Shown here: piece after piece, positions 8,840-20,063 of the stretch
Layout of the letters: every line of letters begins with the position of its first letter
How positions within the stretch are numbered: position 1 is the first letter of the stretch
From: Nitrospirota bacterium
Lineage (GTDB): Bacteria > Nitrospirota > Thermodesulfovibrionia > Thermodesulfovibrionales > JdFR-88
Assembly (NCBI GenBank): GCA_021789555.1
Contig: JAJYJK010000004.1
Coordinates: forward strand, 47,064 to 111,063
Direction of reading: 5' to 3'
DNA: 64,000 nt
The notes under the pieces: generated by a model
What the model was told of the DNA's origin: nothing
Seen by the model: the letters and a program-made list of their open reading frames with translations, nothing else
Database searches by the model: none
Position numbers and translations under genes: made by a program

Positions 8840-10034
8840 ATTATCAGAAATTTATCATGCTCCGGCAAGTGAGCTTTTTCATGCCATAATTGAATTATTT
8901 CCTCACCCTGCCAATTTTGAAACTGAAGAGAAATCAATACGATTTTATGAAGGGCCATTATCACTGCCAATTCAAATACCACGGAATTTTGACCCCAGAA
9001 ATATTGTCATTAAACTCCTCTCTGAGAGCGAGAATGAGACGGAGATTCGCTCTGGTCCGAAATGTACCCGAAAATTTTTTGACCAGGTAAAATCGGTTAT
9101 AGAAGAGGAAGTATTGAAAACTAATCCAAGCACAGGGCGTAAGCTAATACTTTCTGGTGTGCCAATAACCGGATATTTCAAATACCGCACCGAATTCCAG
9201 ATATTGCCTCCCCCCGCTGATGCGCCTAAACCGAAGGGAATCTTGGACGGGCCTCACCCGGTTCTCCTCGAGTTCCGATTTGATAAATCCTCCGTTGGAT
9301 CTATTAATAATCGCAGAATCATGAAAAAATCCTTTGAATCATCAAGTTTACTCACTCTCTTCTTAGATATACACATCTGGACGCGCGATTTCAAGATCAG
9401 AAGAGAATGGGTTTACTGTATTGACGATAATCCGCGTGTGTTCAAATTGTGCGATGCTGTTTACGATTATAGATTCTCTCCTGAGAATGAATATGCGGAT
9501 TTCAAGGATATCAAGGATTACAAGCCGCTTGACGTTCCTTTAAATTTGACTGAGCTTTTTGATAAAGCCTTCAGTCTCGAAAGAGCCATGCGCGAGAAAT
9601 TGATGAAAGTCGCCCATTTGTTTTTGCTTGCCTTGAAATTATGGGATATATCCGAGACGGCGGCATACCTTGCCACTGTCAATACAATTGAAAGCATTGT
9701 ACCCCCTTCAAATGAGAGGTGCCCGACTTGTAAGAGCCATTTAGGTATTACGAAAACTTTTAAGAAATTTATGGAAGATCATACATCTGCATCCAATGAT
9801 CCTTTAATTGAAAAAATAAAAAATAATATCTACAAAACTCGTTCTGGCATTGCTCATCAAGGTATTTTATTTGGTAGCGATCGGAACCCGTATTGGCATA
9901 ACTTCTTCGAAGAAGAGCATCGCAATGAAGGCCATATTTTAAGATATCTCGTGCGCGAGGCTATTATTAACTGGTTCAATGATATAGCTGTTGACAATCG
10001 GATTAGCGACGATTGTGATGCTTACGACCAATAA
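8814..10034 (+). CDS. AT-rich hypothetical protein with a C-terminal HEPN (Apea-like) domain; putative RNase or defence effector
   Basis: IYKTRSGIAHQG contains RX4H; preceded by a helix ending NTIESI and a CPTC motif; visibly lower GC than its neighbours. Confidence 0.65.
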   Translation: MRQKNKSAKLSEIYHAPASELFHAIIELFPHPANFETEEKSIRFYEGPLSLPIQIPRNFDPRNIVIKLLSESENETEIRSGPKCTRKFFDQVKSVIEEEVLKTNPSTGRKLILSGVPITGYFKYRTEFQILPPPADAPKPKGILDGPHPVLLEFRFDKSSVGSINNRRIMKKSFESSSLLTLFLDIHIWTRDFKIRREWVYCIDDNPRVFKLCDAVYDYRFSPENEYADFKDIKDYKPLDVPLNLTELFDKAFSLERAMREKLMKVAHLFLLALKLWDISETAAYLATVNTIESIVPPSNERCPTCKSHLGITKTFKKFMEDHTSASNDPLIEKIKNNIYKTRSGIAHQGILFGSDRNPYWHNFFEEEHRNEGHILRYLVREAIINWFNDIAVDNRISDDCDAYDQ

Positions 10035-10193
10035 TTGATATAATTGTTGGGCTTACACTTCCGCGTGTTATGGGACGAAACATACTAAAAGCGTTAGCGC
10101 CAGCTTACATCACAAGTTCTGGACGGACTGTTGAAAATACCGGCTCTCGTGGAAATGCTATGTTTCAAAGGGAATCTTCTCTTTTTTACTGGT

Positions 10194-10215
10194 GCTACGC
10201 CGCATGCGGCGTAGC
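10194..10215. repeat. Perfect 22-bp palindrome at the right side of the island
   Basis: GCTACGCCGCATGCGGCGTAGC. Confidence 0.85.
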
Positions 10216-10552
10216 TTGAGATCATGACGCATGTCACATGAACTATTTATATGGACAATGTCATGGTCCGGCGGATTATGATGGGAACCGGCAGGGCATA
10301 TCAAAAGCCGAAGCCGGAAAGGGGTTTTTTAGAGGTGTTCATTGAACGCCTTTGAACAGCCGGGCTAAAAAAATATTTTAAAAGCAAGGGGTTAAAATTT
10401 TCAGCTTGAACGGTAAATCACAAAAAAGGCCGGGCGCAAGATACTTGGGGGCATGGGGGCGCAGCCCCAAAATAATAAAAAGGCCATTCGGGCCTTAAGC
10501 CCGCGCGTGAAACTGGGGCGGGAAATCAGCTGCCTTATGTTAAAATGATTGG

Positions 10553-13381
10553 ATGTCAAAGGAAACCGACTATAAAGACACCCTAAACCTGCCCGCGACC
10601 GATTTCCCCATGAAGGCAAACCTGCCCCAACGGGAGCCTATGATGCTCAAGACGTGGCAGGAAGCGAAACTCTACGCGAAGATACTCGAAAAAAACCGGG
10701 ACGGGGAGAAATTCATCCTGCACGACGGCCCCCCGTACGCAAACGGCCATATACACATGGGCCACGCCCTCAATAAGGTGCTGAAGGACATAATCATCAA
10801 ATACAAGACGATGAAGGGGTTTAACTCTCCCTATGTGCCGGGCTGGGACTGCCACGGGCTGCCGATAGAGCTGCAGGTGGACAAAAACCTCGGGCAGGCC
10901 AAAAACCAGACCACGGTGCTCGAGAAACGCAGGCTCTGCCGGCAGTACGCGGCCGGCTTCGTCGATATCCAGCGCGAGGAGTTCGTGAGGCTTGGGGTTT
11001 TCGGTTTATGGGAAGCTCCATATCTGACGATGACGAACGACTACGAGGCGGACATCGTGGCGGAGTTCAACCTTTTTGCAAAATCAGGCTATCTCTACAA
11101 GGGGAAAAAGCCCGTCCACTGGTGCCCCTCATGCGTCACCGCGCTTGCCGACGCGGAGGTCGAGTATGCGGAGAAAAAATCCACTTCGGTATATGTGCGC
11201 TTCAGGCTCCTCGATGAGGACGCGGCAAAACTTGGGCTCACGGGGGCCGTCTACCTCGTCATCTGGACCACCACCCCCTGGACATTGCCCGCGAACCTGG
11301 CCCTGGCCGTAAACCCGGAGGTGGACTACGCCGCCTTCACCGCCAACGGGGAAACGCACATCCTCGCGGAAAACCTTTACGAGCCACTGAAAGAAATCCT
11401 CCATATAGCCGGCGAAAAAGTTCTGGAAATAAAGGGCATCGCCCTCAGGGGATTAAGGGCAAAACACCCGTTTATCGACAGGCTTTCCCGGGTGATAACC
11501 GGAAAATTCGTGACGACCGAGGAAGGCGCCGGCATTGTCCATATAGCCCCGGGCCACGGGGAGGACGACTACGCGGCCGGCATCGAAAACGGGCTTGAGA
11601 TTTACGCCCCGGTCGACGATTACGGGAAATTCAGAGGCACGGGAGTTGAGCGGATTGAGGGCGAATTCGTCTTCAAGGCAAACCCGAAAATAATAGAGAT
11701 GCTCCGGGAGAAGGGCGCGCTGCTGGCGGAAAAGGAGATAACCCACTCCTACCCGCACTGCTGGAGGTGCAAAAAGCCCGTCATCTTCAGGGCGACGGAA
11801 CAATGGTTTATCTCTATGGAATATTCCGGCCTGAGGGATAAATGCCTCGCGGAGATAGAAAAGGTGAAATGGGTGCCGGAATGGGGCAAAGGCAGGATAT
11901 ACGGCATGGTTGAGCGCAGGCCCGACTGGTGCATCTCCAGGCAGAGGGCCTGGGGGGTGCCGGTTGCGCTGCTTTCTTGCGCCGGCTGCGGCCGGACCGT
12001 TACCGAGCCGGCCGTCCTGGACAAGACCGAGGAGTTTTTCCGCCGCCTGGGCTCGGACGTATGGTTCGAGAAACCGGCCTCCGAATTCATCCCCGAGGGG
12101 TTCACCTGCCCCGGTTGTGGCGGAAGGGAATTCACGAAGGAGAAGGACATCCTCGACGTATGGTTCGACTCCGGCGTAAGCCATCATGCCGTTTTAGAGC
12201 GCAGGGCCGGGCTCGCCTTTCCCGCGGAGATGTACCTGGAAGGCTCCGACCAGCACAGGGGGTGGTTCCAGAGCTCGCTGATAACGGCAACGGCGCTCGC
12301 GGGGTCCGCCCCGTATAAGACAGTCCTCACCCACGGTTTCGTCGTGGACGGCAAGGGACACAAGATGTCAAAATCCCTGGGCAACGTCGTCGCCCCGGAA
12401 GACATCATAAAGAAACACGGCGCGGAGATACTCAGGCTGTGGGTATCGGCCGAGGACTATCGTGACGATATAAGGCTCTCCCCGGAAATCCTGGAGCGCC
12501 TGACCGAGGCGTACAGGAAGATAAGAAACACGGCCCGGTTTCTGCTTGGCAATACACATGATTTCAGCGGCGGGCACGATTTCGAGGGCGGCGACACGCA
12601 CCGGGGCTCGCTTCTGGAGATAGACCGCTGGGCGCTCTCCAGGCTCCAGGGGCTTATAGCCGGCGTGGAGCGGGCGTATGAGGATTTCGAGTTCCACGAG
12701 GTCTATCACAGGCTCTACAATTTCTGCGTGGTGGACATGAGCTCGTTTTATCTGGACATCCTCAAAGACAGGCTCTATACATTCAGGCGGGATTCGGAGC
12801 AGCGCAGGGCGGCGCAGTGGGTCCTGGGCCAAATCCTGCTTGCGATGGCGAAGCTCATGGCCCCTGTGCTGAGCTTCACCGCCGAGGAGATATGGGGTTA
12901 CATAAACCCGGCCGCCGGACGGGGAAAAGACGCGGAGAGCGTCTTTCTCTCCTCCTTTCCCGCCGTGGACGACAAACTCCTGGATGCCGCACTCGAAGAG
13001 AAATGGAGCAAGATCATCGCCGTAAGAAACGAGGTGAATAGGGCCCTCGAGATAAAAAGACAGCAGCGCATGATAGGCAATTCCCTTGAGGCGAGGGTTT
13101 TACTATACGCCCCGGATGATATATACGCGCTTCTGAAAGATCATGAAAATTTCCTGCCCGCCCTCTTCATAGTCTCGCAGGCGGAGATCAGGAAAATCTC
13201 CGGGGAAGAGCTTATGAGTGATATTCTCACTGAAGCGTTCCGGTCCGAAGAGATAAAGGGGCTGGTTGTTGATGTCCTCCGGGCCGAGGGCGAGAAATGC
13301 CCGAGGTGCTGGATGCGTGATACGAGCGTGGGCAAAAACCCGGAAGGCGTCTGCGACCGCTGCAGGGGCAACATATCGTGA
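10553..13381 (+). CDS. ileS: Isoleucine--tRNA ligase
   Basis: HDGPPYANGHIHMGH, GWDCHGLP, WTTTPW, EGSDQHRGWF, KMSKS and a C-terminal Zn finger. Confidence 0.98.
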   Translation: MSKETDYKDTLNLPATDFPMKANLPQREPMMLKTWQEAKLYAKILEKNRDGEKFILHDGPPYANGHIHMGHALNKVLKDIIIKYKTMKGFNSPYVPGWDCHGLPIELQVDKNLGQAKNQTTVLEKRRLCRQYAAGFVDIQREEFVRLGVFGLWEAPYLTMTNDYEADIVAEFNLFAKSGYLYKGKKPVHWCPSCVTALADAEVEYAEKKSTSVYVRFRLLDEDAAKLGLTGAVYLVIWTTTPWTLPANLALAVNPEVDYAAFTANGETHILAENLYEPLKEILHIAGEKVLEIKGIALRGLRAKHPFIDRLSRVITGKFVTTEEGAGIVHIAPGHGEDDYAAGIENGLEIYAPVDDYGKFRGTGVERIEGEFVFKANPKIIEMLREKGALLAEKEITHSYPHCWRCKKPVIFRATEQWFISMEYSGLRDKCLAEIEKVKWVPEWGKGRIYGMVERRPDWCISRQRAWGVPVALLSCAGCGRTVTEPAVLDKTEEFFRRLGSDVWFEKPASEFIPEGFTCPGCGGREFTKEKDILDVWFDSGVSHHAVLERRAGLAFPAEMYLEGSDQHRGWFQSSLITATALAGSAPYKTVLTHGFVVDGKGHKMSKSLGNVVAPEDIIKKHGAEILRLWVSAEDYRDDIRLSPEILERLTEAYRKIRNTARFLLGNTHDFSGGHDFEGGDTHRGSLLEIDRWALSRLQGLIAGVERAYEDFEFHEVYHRLYNFCVVDMSSFYLDILKDRLYTFRRDSEQRRAAQWVLGQILLAMAKLMAPVLSFTAEEIWGYINPAAGRGKDAESVFLSSFPAVDDKLLDAALEEKWSKIIAVRNEVNRALEIKRQQRMIGNSLEARVLLYAPDDIYALLKDHENFLPALFIVSQAEIRKISGEELMSDILTEAFRSEEIKGLVVDVLRAEGEKCPRCWMRDTSVGKNPEGVCDRCRGNIS

Positions 13382-13812
13382 TTGTCTCGGCGCTCGTCAT
13401 CATACTAGTCGTCATCGACCAGGCGACGAAGACCATCGCCCACGGGCTTGTAGGCCCTGATTGCGTGGACCGCATCCTGCCCTTTCTGAACATCGTGGAC
13501 CTCAGGAACCGGGGGTCCGCGTTCGGGATGCTCCAAAACGCGGGCAACGCCTTTTTCATCGCCATCACCGCGGCGGCCATCGTCGTAATCAGCTTCCTGC
13601 TGGCCAGGGGGCGGAGGAAACAGGCGGGGCTCATCCTCGTGCTTGCTGGTGCGGCCGGCAACCTCATGGACAGGCTCCTCTACGGATCGGTGCGGGATTT
13701 CATCGACGTCCACGCGGGCAGGTTCCACTGGCCCGCCTTCAATTTCGCGGACTCCTACATAAGCATAGGGATAGTGCTTTTATTCATAAGCTCCCTCAGA
13801 CAGGCCAGATAG
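13378..13812 (+). CDS. lspA: Lipoprotein signal peptidase II
   Basis: DQATK, NRGSAFG, GNLMDR, VRDFID, WPAFNFAD; GTGA overlap with ileS. Confidence 0.95.
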   Translation: MIVSALVIILVVIDQATKTIAHGLVGPDCVDRILPFLNIVDLRNRGSAFGMLQNAGNAFFIAITAAAIVVISFLLARGRRKQAGLILVLAGAAGNLMDRLLYGSVRDFIDVHAGRFHWPAFNFADSYISIGIVLLFISSLRQAR

Positions 13813-14129
13813 ACCAGGCCGGATAACCCGCGCGGTCACACGCGGTCCACTCCGCGTGCTTCATCAGGTTGGAGTCCACCGTCAAGGGCAAGACCAGTTT
13901 ACTTCCCTCCGCCGGCAGGTAGAATTCCGGCAGGAGCGTCTTTCTGCCGCCAAACCAAAAAATAAAAATCTCCCGGAAGACAAGGAAATGTAGACCGAAA
14001 GGTTCAAGGAAAGAGTTCGAGAAGACCCTCTTCCGTTACGTCCCCGCCCAAAAGCCTGCGAATCTTTATATTAAAGCTTCCGCTTGCGCGGCAATGACGG
14101 ATGGAGGCAAACAGCGAACGCTACACGGA

Positions 14130-14615
14130 CTATTTTTTAAACCCTTCCCGGAGGATGGCCACCTTGCCCGTGCGCACGAGGTCCTTTATCCCCATCGGCT
14201 TCATCAGGCCGATGAAGGCCTCTATCTTCTTCTCGTCCCCGGTTATCTCTATCGTATAGGTGCTCTCGGAGGAATCGACGACCCTGCCCCTGAATATCTC
14301 GGCCAGGTTCAGGACCTCGGCCTTCCGCTCGGGCCTCGGCGTGACCTTTATGAGGACCATCTCCCTTTCGACGTGCTCGAATTCGGTGACGTCCGTGACC
14401 TTGATGACGTCGACAAGCTTGTTTAACTGCTTGTTTATCTGCTCTATTATCAGGTCGTCTCCGCTTGTGACTATCGTCATCTGCGAGTACCGCGGGTCTA
14501 TCTCCTCCCCGACGGACAGGCTTTCGATATTGTACCCCCGGCCGCTAAATAGCCCGGATATCCTTGAGAGGACGCCGAACCTGTTTTCCACCAGAAGCGT
14601 TATCGTGTGTCTCAT
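14130..14615 (-). CDS. ilvN: Acetolactate synthase small subunit
   Basis: [29 protein letters not shown] domain; coupled to ilvB. Confidence 0.97.
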   Translation of the reverse strand: MRHTITLLVENRFGVLSRISGLFSGRGYNIESLSVGEEIDPRYSQMTIVTSGDDLIIEQINKQLNKLVDVIKVTDVTEFEHVEREMVLIKVTPRPERKAEVLNLAEIFRGRVVDSSESTYTIEITGDEKKIEAFIGLMKPMGIKDLVRTGKVAILREGFKK

Positions 14616-16354
14616 TTGACGACCTTGAGCCTTCTTTTCTTCTCCTGCCGGGCCTCCTGCTCCTCGAAGAGCATGTGGTCAATAGGGGCGCCGGCGGGCA
14701 CCATCGGGTAGACCTTCTCCTTCCAGTCAACTACAAAATCCATGAACACCGTCTTTTTGATCTTGAAGAGCCCTTCCCTGAGGACGTCCTCCACCTCGGA
14801 GGGTTTTGTGGCCTTCAGGCCCGCGGCCCCGTAAGCCTCGGCTACCTTCACGAAGTCCGGCACGACGTCCAGGCTGGTGTGGGAGTAGCGCTCTCCGTAG
14901 AAAAGCTCCTGCCACTGTCTCACCATCCCCAGATATCCGTTATTGAGTATGACCACCTTTACCGGCAGCCGGTTCAGGACGGCGGTTGCAAGCTCCTGTA
15001 TGTTCATCTGGATGCTGCCGTCCCCTGCGATATCAATAACGAGCTTTTCGGGAAAGGCCAGTTGGACGCCTATGGCCGCGGGGAAGCCGAAACCCATCGT
15101 CCCCAGGCCGCCCGAGGATATGAACGTGCGGGGCTTGTCGTACTTGTAGAATTGGGCGGCCCACATCTGGTTCTGTCCGACTTCGGTGGTGATTATGGCC
15201 TCGCCCTTCGTAAGCTCGTATATCTTCTCCACGACCGCCTGGGGTTTGATGACCTCATCGCTCGGGGTATAAGTGAGGGGCCTCTCCCTTTTCCAGGCGT
15301 CAATCTGCTTAAGCCACGCCTTCCTTATCTGCGCCCACTGCGTCTTGGCCTCGGTCTTTATCGTCTTGTTGAGGGCGGTCAGGACCTTCCTGACGTCGCC
15401 CACAATGGGTATGTCCACCCTCACGTTTTTCCGTATCGAGGTGGGGTCTATGTCTATGTGGATGATGCTTGCGTTCGGGGCGAAGGAATCGGTCTTTCCG
15501 GTCACCCGGTCATCGAACCTCATGCCGAGGGCGATGAGGAGGTCCGAGTCCTGGATGGACTTGTTCGCGTAATAGGTGCCGTGCATCCCCGGCATCCCCA
15601 GCGACAGCCTGTTTGTCTCCGGGAAGCAGCCGATGCCCATGAGGGTCGTCGTAACCGGTATCTGGGTAAGCTCGGCCAGCTCCCGCAGCTCCTTGTGGGC
15701 CCCCGATATTATCACGCCGCCGCCGGCGACGATCACGGGCTTTTTTGATTTCTCTATCAGGTGCGCGGCCTGGGTGATCATCCATTTGTTGCCCTCGTAC
15801 CTCGGCTTGTAGCCCTCGAGGTGGACTTTTTCCGGCCAGACGAAATCCGTCTTGCCGGCGGTCACGTCTTTGGGCAGATCGATCAGCACCGGACCCGGCC
15901 TGCCGCTCATGGCGATATGGAAGGCCTCCTTGATGACGACGGCAAGGTCTTTTACGTCCTTGACGAGGTAATTGTGCTTGGTGCAGGGCCTGGTGATGCC
16001 CACGATATCGGCCTCCTGGAAGGCGTCATTGCCGATGAGCATCGTCGGCACCTGGCCCGTTATCACCACAAGGGGCACGGAATCCATGCTGGCCGTGGCG
16101 ATGCCGGTGACGGTGTTGGTGGCCCCGGGGCCTGAAGTCACAAGGACAACGCCGGGTTTGCCGGTGGCGCGCGCGTATCCGTCCGCCGCGTGCACCGCCC
16201 CCTGCTCATGCCTCGTGAGTATGAGTTTTATGTCCTTGTCGTCATAGAGGAAGTCGAAGATGTTCAGCACGACCCCGCCCGGATAGCCGAAGATGTGCTT
16301 CACACCCTCCTTTTTCAGGCTCTCTATCAATATCTCTGAACCGGTAAGCTTCAT
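14612..16354 (-). CDS. ilvB: Acetolactate synthase large subunit
   Basis: [34 protein letters not shown]. Confidence 0.97.
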   Translation of the reverse strand: MKLTGSEILIESLKKEGVKHIFGYPGGVVLNIFDFLYDDKDIKLILTRHEQGAVHAADGYARATGKPGVVLVTSGPGATNTVTGIATASMDSVPLVVITGQVPTMLIGNDAFQEADIVGITRPCTKHNYLVKDVKDLAVVIKEAFHIAMSGRPGPVLIDLPKDVTAGKTDFVWPEKVHLEGYKPRYEGNKWMITQAAHLIEKSKKPVIVAGGGVIISGAHKELRELAELTQIPVTTTLMGIGCFPETNRLSLGMPGMHGTYYANKSIQDSDLLIALGMRFDDRVTGKTDSFAPNASIIHIDIDPTSIRKNVRVDIPIVGDVRKVLTALNKTIKTEAKTQWAQIRKAWLKQIDAWKRERPLTYTPSDEVIKPQAVVEKIYELTKGEAIITTEVGQNQMWAAQFYKYDKPRTFISSGGLGTMGFGFPAAIGVQLAFPEKLVIDIAGDGSIQMNIQELATAVLNRLPVKVVILNNGYLGMVRQWQELFYGERYSHTSLDVVPDFVKVAEAYGAAGLKATKPSEVEDVLREGLFKIKKTVFMDFVVDWKEKVYPMVPAGAPIDHMLFEEQEARQEKKRRLKVVK

Positions 16355-16440
16355 ATCCCAATCCTTTTAAAATAGAAAGAAATGTGTCTGTTATTTTAAC
16401 ACAAGCAGACGGGCATTAACAAAATAAGGGGGCCTTGGAT

Positions 16441-16620
16441 TCCCATCCCGCCCGCCCTTTTTTATTTGGGGCTTCGCCCCAAACCCCGAATAGAAAAAAC
16501 TATCCGGGCAGAAGGCGGAGGGGACACTGGCGAAGCGCAGCGTCCGGGGGACCAGTCCCGAAGGGGACCGGTCCCGAAAGGCGAGTTTCGCAGATGCAGC
16601 GGAGCGAGACAGAGGTTTTC
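16441..16620. repeat. Family A repeat plus tandem GGGACC(A/G)GTCCC hairpins between ilvD and ilvB
   Basis: GGGGACCAGTCCCGAAGGGGACCGGTCCCGAA flanked by GCGAAGCG- and GCGGAGCG-type units. Confidence 0.6.
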
Positions 16621-16645
16621 CCGCCATCGATCCCGGCGGTATATT

Positions 16646-18307
16646 CTATCCCTCCTCCATGATAGCGCCCTTGGCGGCGGAGCTGACAGAGGCGCTGTAG
16701 CGGGCCAGCCAGCCCTTGCTCACTTTGGGTTTCGGCCTCTTCCATCCCGCGAGCCTGGCTTCAATCTCCTTATCGGTCAGTCCGATGTTAATCTTCCTGC
16801 CGGGTATGTCTATGGATATGATGTCGCCGTCTTTAACGGCCGCGATCGCCCCTCCCTCCATCGCCTCTGGAGAGACATGGCCGATGCAGGGCCCCCTGGT
16901 GCCGCCAGAAAACCTGCCGTCGGTAATCAGGGCGACCGAATCGGAAAGCCCCATCCCGGCTATCGCCGAGGTGGGCGAGAGCATCTCGCGCATCCCCGGG
17001 CCGCCCTTGGGGCCTTCATAGCGGATGACGACGACGACGCCGGGCTTGATCTCCCCGCCCATTATCGCCTTCATCGCCTTCTCCTCGGAATCAAACACAC
17101 GGGCTTTGCCCTTAAACCGCCTCATCTTCGGGCTGACGGCGGACTGTTTCACGACGGCCCCCCAGGGCGCGATATTGCCCGTGAGGACGGCTATCCCGCC
17201 TTCCTTGTGGTAGGGGCGCTCAGCCGGCCTTATCACTTCCTCATCCATGATTTCAGCGGCCTCCGCGATATCGAAGACCTTGCGGCCGCTTACGGTGATG
17301 TGGTCGGCCAGGAGTTTTTTGAGGTCCTTCATCACGGCGGGTATGCCGCCCGCCCAGTGAAGGTCCTCCAGATAGTGCGCGCCGCCTGGCAGCATGTCGG
17401 CTATGTGCGGGGTCTTCCTGGAGAGCCGGTCGAAAGATTCAAGCGTCAGCTCCAGGCCCGCCTCGTGCGCGATTGCGGGCAGATGGAGGCAGGTATTGGT
17501 GGAGCCACCGAGGGCCAGGTCCACCACTATTGCGTTTTCAAGAGATTTTCCCGTGACAATTTTGGAGGGCGTCACGCCCTTTTTCACCAGTTCCACAACG
17601 CGCCTGCCGCTTTCGAAGGCTATCCTCTTTTTCTCCGCACTGACGGCAAGGGCCGTGGCGCAATAGGGAAGGCTCATGCCCATGGCCTCGGTAAGGCAGG
17701 CCATCGTGTTCGCCGTGTACATCCCCTGGCAGGAACCCGCGCCGGGGCAGGCGCAGAGTTCAAGCTCCTCCACCTCGCGGTCGCTTATGAGCCCCTTTTT
17801 GTATTTGCCAACCGCCTCGAACGTGTCGTTTACAAGCGACAGGCGCTTCCCCCTTAAACGGCCGGAGAGCATCGGGCCCGCAGTGACAACGACCGTGGGC
17901 ACGTTCACCCGCAGCGCGCCCATGAGCATCCCGGGGGTGATCTTGTCGCAGTTCGTCAGCAGCACCAGGCCGTCTAATTTGTGGGCCTGCATTACGGTTT
18001 CCACCATGTCGGCGATCAGCTCGCGGGAGGGCAGCGAGTACTGCATGCCGCTGTGGCCCATCGCTATGCCGTCGCAGATGCCCGGAAGCCCGAAGAAAAA
18101 CGGATACCCGCCGCCGGAGTGGACGCCTTTCTCGATGAACCGCTCCAGGTCCCTCATGCCGATATGGCCGGGTATGATATCGGTAAAACTGGTTGCGACC
18201 CCTATGAAGGGCTTGTCCATCTCGGATTTCGGTATCCCGGTGGCATAAAGAAGGGCCCTGTGAGGGACCCGCTCTATGCCTTTCTTGATCATTCCTGAAC
18301 GTGCCAT
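16646..18307 (-). CDS. ilvD: Dihydroxy-acid dehydratase
   Basis: [48 protein letters not shown]. Confidence 0.97.
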   Translation of the reverse strand: MARSGMIKKGIERVPHRALLYATGIPKSEMDKPFIGVATSFTDIIPGHIGMRDLERFIEKGVHSGGGYPFFFGLPGICDGIAMGHSGMQYSLPSRELIADMVETVMQAHKLDGLVLLTNCDKITPGMLMGALRVNVPTVVVTAGPMLSGRLRGKRLSLVNDTFEAVGKYKKGLISDREVEELELCACPGAGSCQGMYTANTMACLTEAMGMSLPYCATALAVSAEKKRIAFESGRRVVELVKKGVTPSKIVTGKSLENAIVVDLALGGSTNTCLHLPAIAHEAGLELTLESFDRLSRKTPHIADMLPGGAHYLEDLHWAGGIPAVMKDLKKLLADHITVSGRKVFDIAEAAEIMDEEVIRPAERPYHKEGGIAVLTGNIAPWGAVVKQSAVSPKMRRFKGKARVFDSEEKAMKAIMGGEIKPGVVVVIRYEGPKGGPGMREMLSPTSAIAGMGLSDSVALITDGRFSGGTRGPCIGHVSPEAMEGGAIAAVKDGDIISIDIPGRKINIGLTDKEIEARLAGWKRPKPKVSKGWLARYSASVSSAAKGAIMEEG

Positions 18308-18370
18308 TTTTTAGAAAAAAACATCCTTCCTCTCTGAAATTGAATAACTAAACTGCGGTACGGAAACGGC

Positions 18371-18601
18371 TTAGTTGGTCGAGTGGTCTTTCTTATACCT
18401 TATAATGAGTTCCTCCATGCGGTCCTTCTTAAGGAGTTTCAATTTCTGGATGCGCTTCTTCTCGATCTCTTCTTCCGTGCTCAGGTAATGCTTGCCGGCC
18501 AGATCGGCCGCCTGGCTGTCCAGAAGTCTGTGCTCTGCCGCAAGCTTCTTGAACTCATCGCTTTCCTTCGTAAGGATCTCCACAATTTGCTCGTCTTTCA
18601 T
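18371..18601 (-). CDS. DUF465 (YdcH-like) coiled-coil protein
   Basis: F.KL..EH..LD...KK.KL..KD pattern; AGGAG SD. Confidence 0.8.
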   Translation of the reverse strand: MKDEQIVEILTKESDEFKKLAAEHRLLDSQAADLAGKHYLSTEEEIEKKRIQKLKLLKKDRMEELIIRYKKDHSTN

Positions 18602-18655
18602 CCGCGCTCCTCCTTTACAAAAAAATTAACATATGAATCCCCGAAAAGACAAGGG

Positions 18656-20038
18656 TCAGAGCTTCATGTTTATATTTTGGGCCAGGGCAAAGGAATTGTC
18701 GATACAGTCATTGAGCGAAATCCCCCGGAAGGCGTTTCCGGTCATGAAAAGGCCCCGGTGGGCCGCCAGCGCCCCGTCCATCTTTTCGAGCCTTTGGGCG
18801 TGGCCCAGGGGATACTGCGGAATGGCCCTTTCATGACGAAAAATCCTTACAAAATCGGGTGTTGCCCTGAGGCCGAGCATCCCCTGCAGCTCACCCGACA
18901 CCAGGGAGAGGAGTCTCTCGTCATCGAGCATCGCAAGCCCCGAAGCCCTGGCCCCCCCGACCATCACCCTTAAAAGGACATGCCCCTCGGGGGCGCGCTC
19001 CGGGAAGATGCTGGAGTCGTAGAGCACCCCCAGTATCTTCCTGCCCTCCTTGAACGGCACCAGAAACCCGAAGGCGTCCACGGGAAAAGAGTGTTTAAGT
19101 TTTTCCCTCCTGAACCCGAGGCTCACGACCGAGACGGCGGGATACTCTATGTCCCCGACGACTCTTGAGAGGTCCTTATCGAAATCTTTCAGTATCCTGG
19201 CGGCCTCATAGGCCGGGCAGGCAAGGACGACGGCTTCGGCAAGGACGGCCTCTTTGCCTTCGATATGGAGCCGGTAGCCGCTTGCGCCTTCGAGCCTTTC
19301 AATCCCCGCTACCCTGCAGCCCGTCTTCAGCCTCTCGCCCAGAATGGCCTTCAGCGCAAGAATGAGCTCTTCCATCCCACCCGAAAAGGAAGATAAAACG
19401 CCTCCCGGGCCGGCCCCGACCGGCCCCTTGCCGGCCTTTTTGGCCTCCCGGCCAAGGCTTATCATCGCCCTGACGAGACTGCCGTACTTTCGCTCCATGG
19501 CCTTTATCTTCGGGAAACAGCTCTCGACGCTCATCTTCTCCGGGTCCCCGGCGAATACGCCCGAGGCCATGGGGTCTATCAGGTTTTCGTAGGCCCGCCT
19601 GCCCAGGCGTCTTGTTGCGAAACCGGCAAGCGTCTCGTCGTTTTTATTGGCGGGGATGAAGGGCTCAAGCGCGATGCGAAGTTTGCCGAGGGGGGAGAGC
19701 ACATCTGATATCAGGAAGGCCGCCGGGCTCTCCGGCAGGAGCCTCGGCCTTGCTTTCAGGTAAATGAACCTCTTCCTGGCCGCGTCGGCGCTCCGCTGCA
19801 CTTTTAGCCCCAGGTTGTCCGCCACCTGAAGCGTGCGGGGCCTGTTGTCGAGAAACCCGTTTACGCCCCATTCGCAGATATATCCTTCGGCCTTTTCCGT
19901 CCTGATCTTTCCGCCGGGACGGTCTTCGGCCTCAAGGACAATCGGGTCGGCGGCGCCCGCCCCCCCTTCCCCGAGCAGGAAATGGGCAAGGCAGAGCCCG
20001 GAGATGCCGCCGCCCACAATGGCTATCTTCACCTTCAC
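18656..20038 (-). CDS. hemY: Protoporphyrinogen/coproporphyrinogen oxidase, HemY type
   Basis: FAD motif IVGGGISGL, GGKIRT, AIPQY, GISLNDC; lies in the haem operon. Confidence 0.92.
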   Translation of the reverse strand: MKVKIAIVGGGISGLCLAHFLLGEGGAGAADPIVLEAEDRPGGKIRTEKAEGYICEWGVNGFLDNRPRTLQVADNLGLKVQRSADAARKRFIYLKARPRLLPESPAAFLISDVLSPLGKLRIALEPFIPANKNDETLAGFATRRLGRRAYENLIDPMASGVFAGDPEKMSVESCFPKIKAMERKYGSLVRAMISLGREAKKAGKGPVGAGPGGVLSSFSGGMEELILALKAILGERLKTGCRVAGIERLEGASGYRLHIEGKEAVLAEAVVLACPAYEAARILKDFDKDLSRVVGDIEYPAVSVVSLGFRREKLKHSFPVDAFGFLVPFKEGRKILGVLYDSSIFPERAPEGHVLLRVMVGGARASGLAMLDDERLLSLVSGELQGMLGLRATPDFVRIFRHERAIPQYPLGHAQRLEKMDGALAAHRGLFMTGNAFRGISLNDCIDNSFALAQNINMKL

Positions 20039-20063
20039 TCTGTCCGCTCCGAATCTCTCGCCT

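Noticed and set aside
10035-10552. T-box leader for ileS
   Set aside because: No GGTGGnACC T-box; a -10 box sits 6 nt from the start codon.
14564-17857. Long antisense ORFs (14564-15748, 16466-17857 and similar ones elsewhere)
   Set aside because: Shadow ORFs typical of high-GC codon usage opposite well-supported genes; no recognisable motifs.
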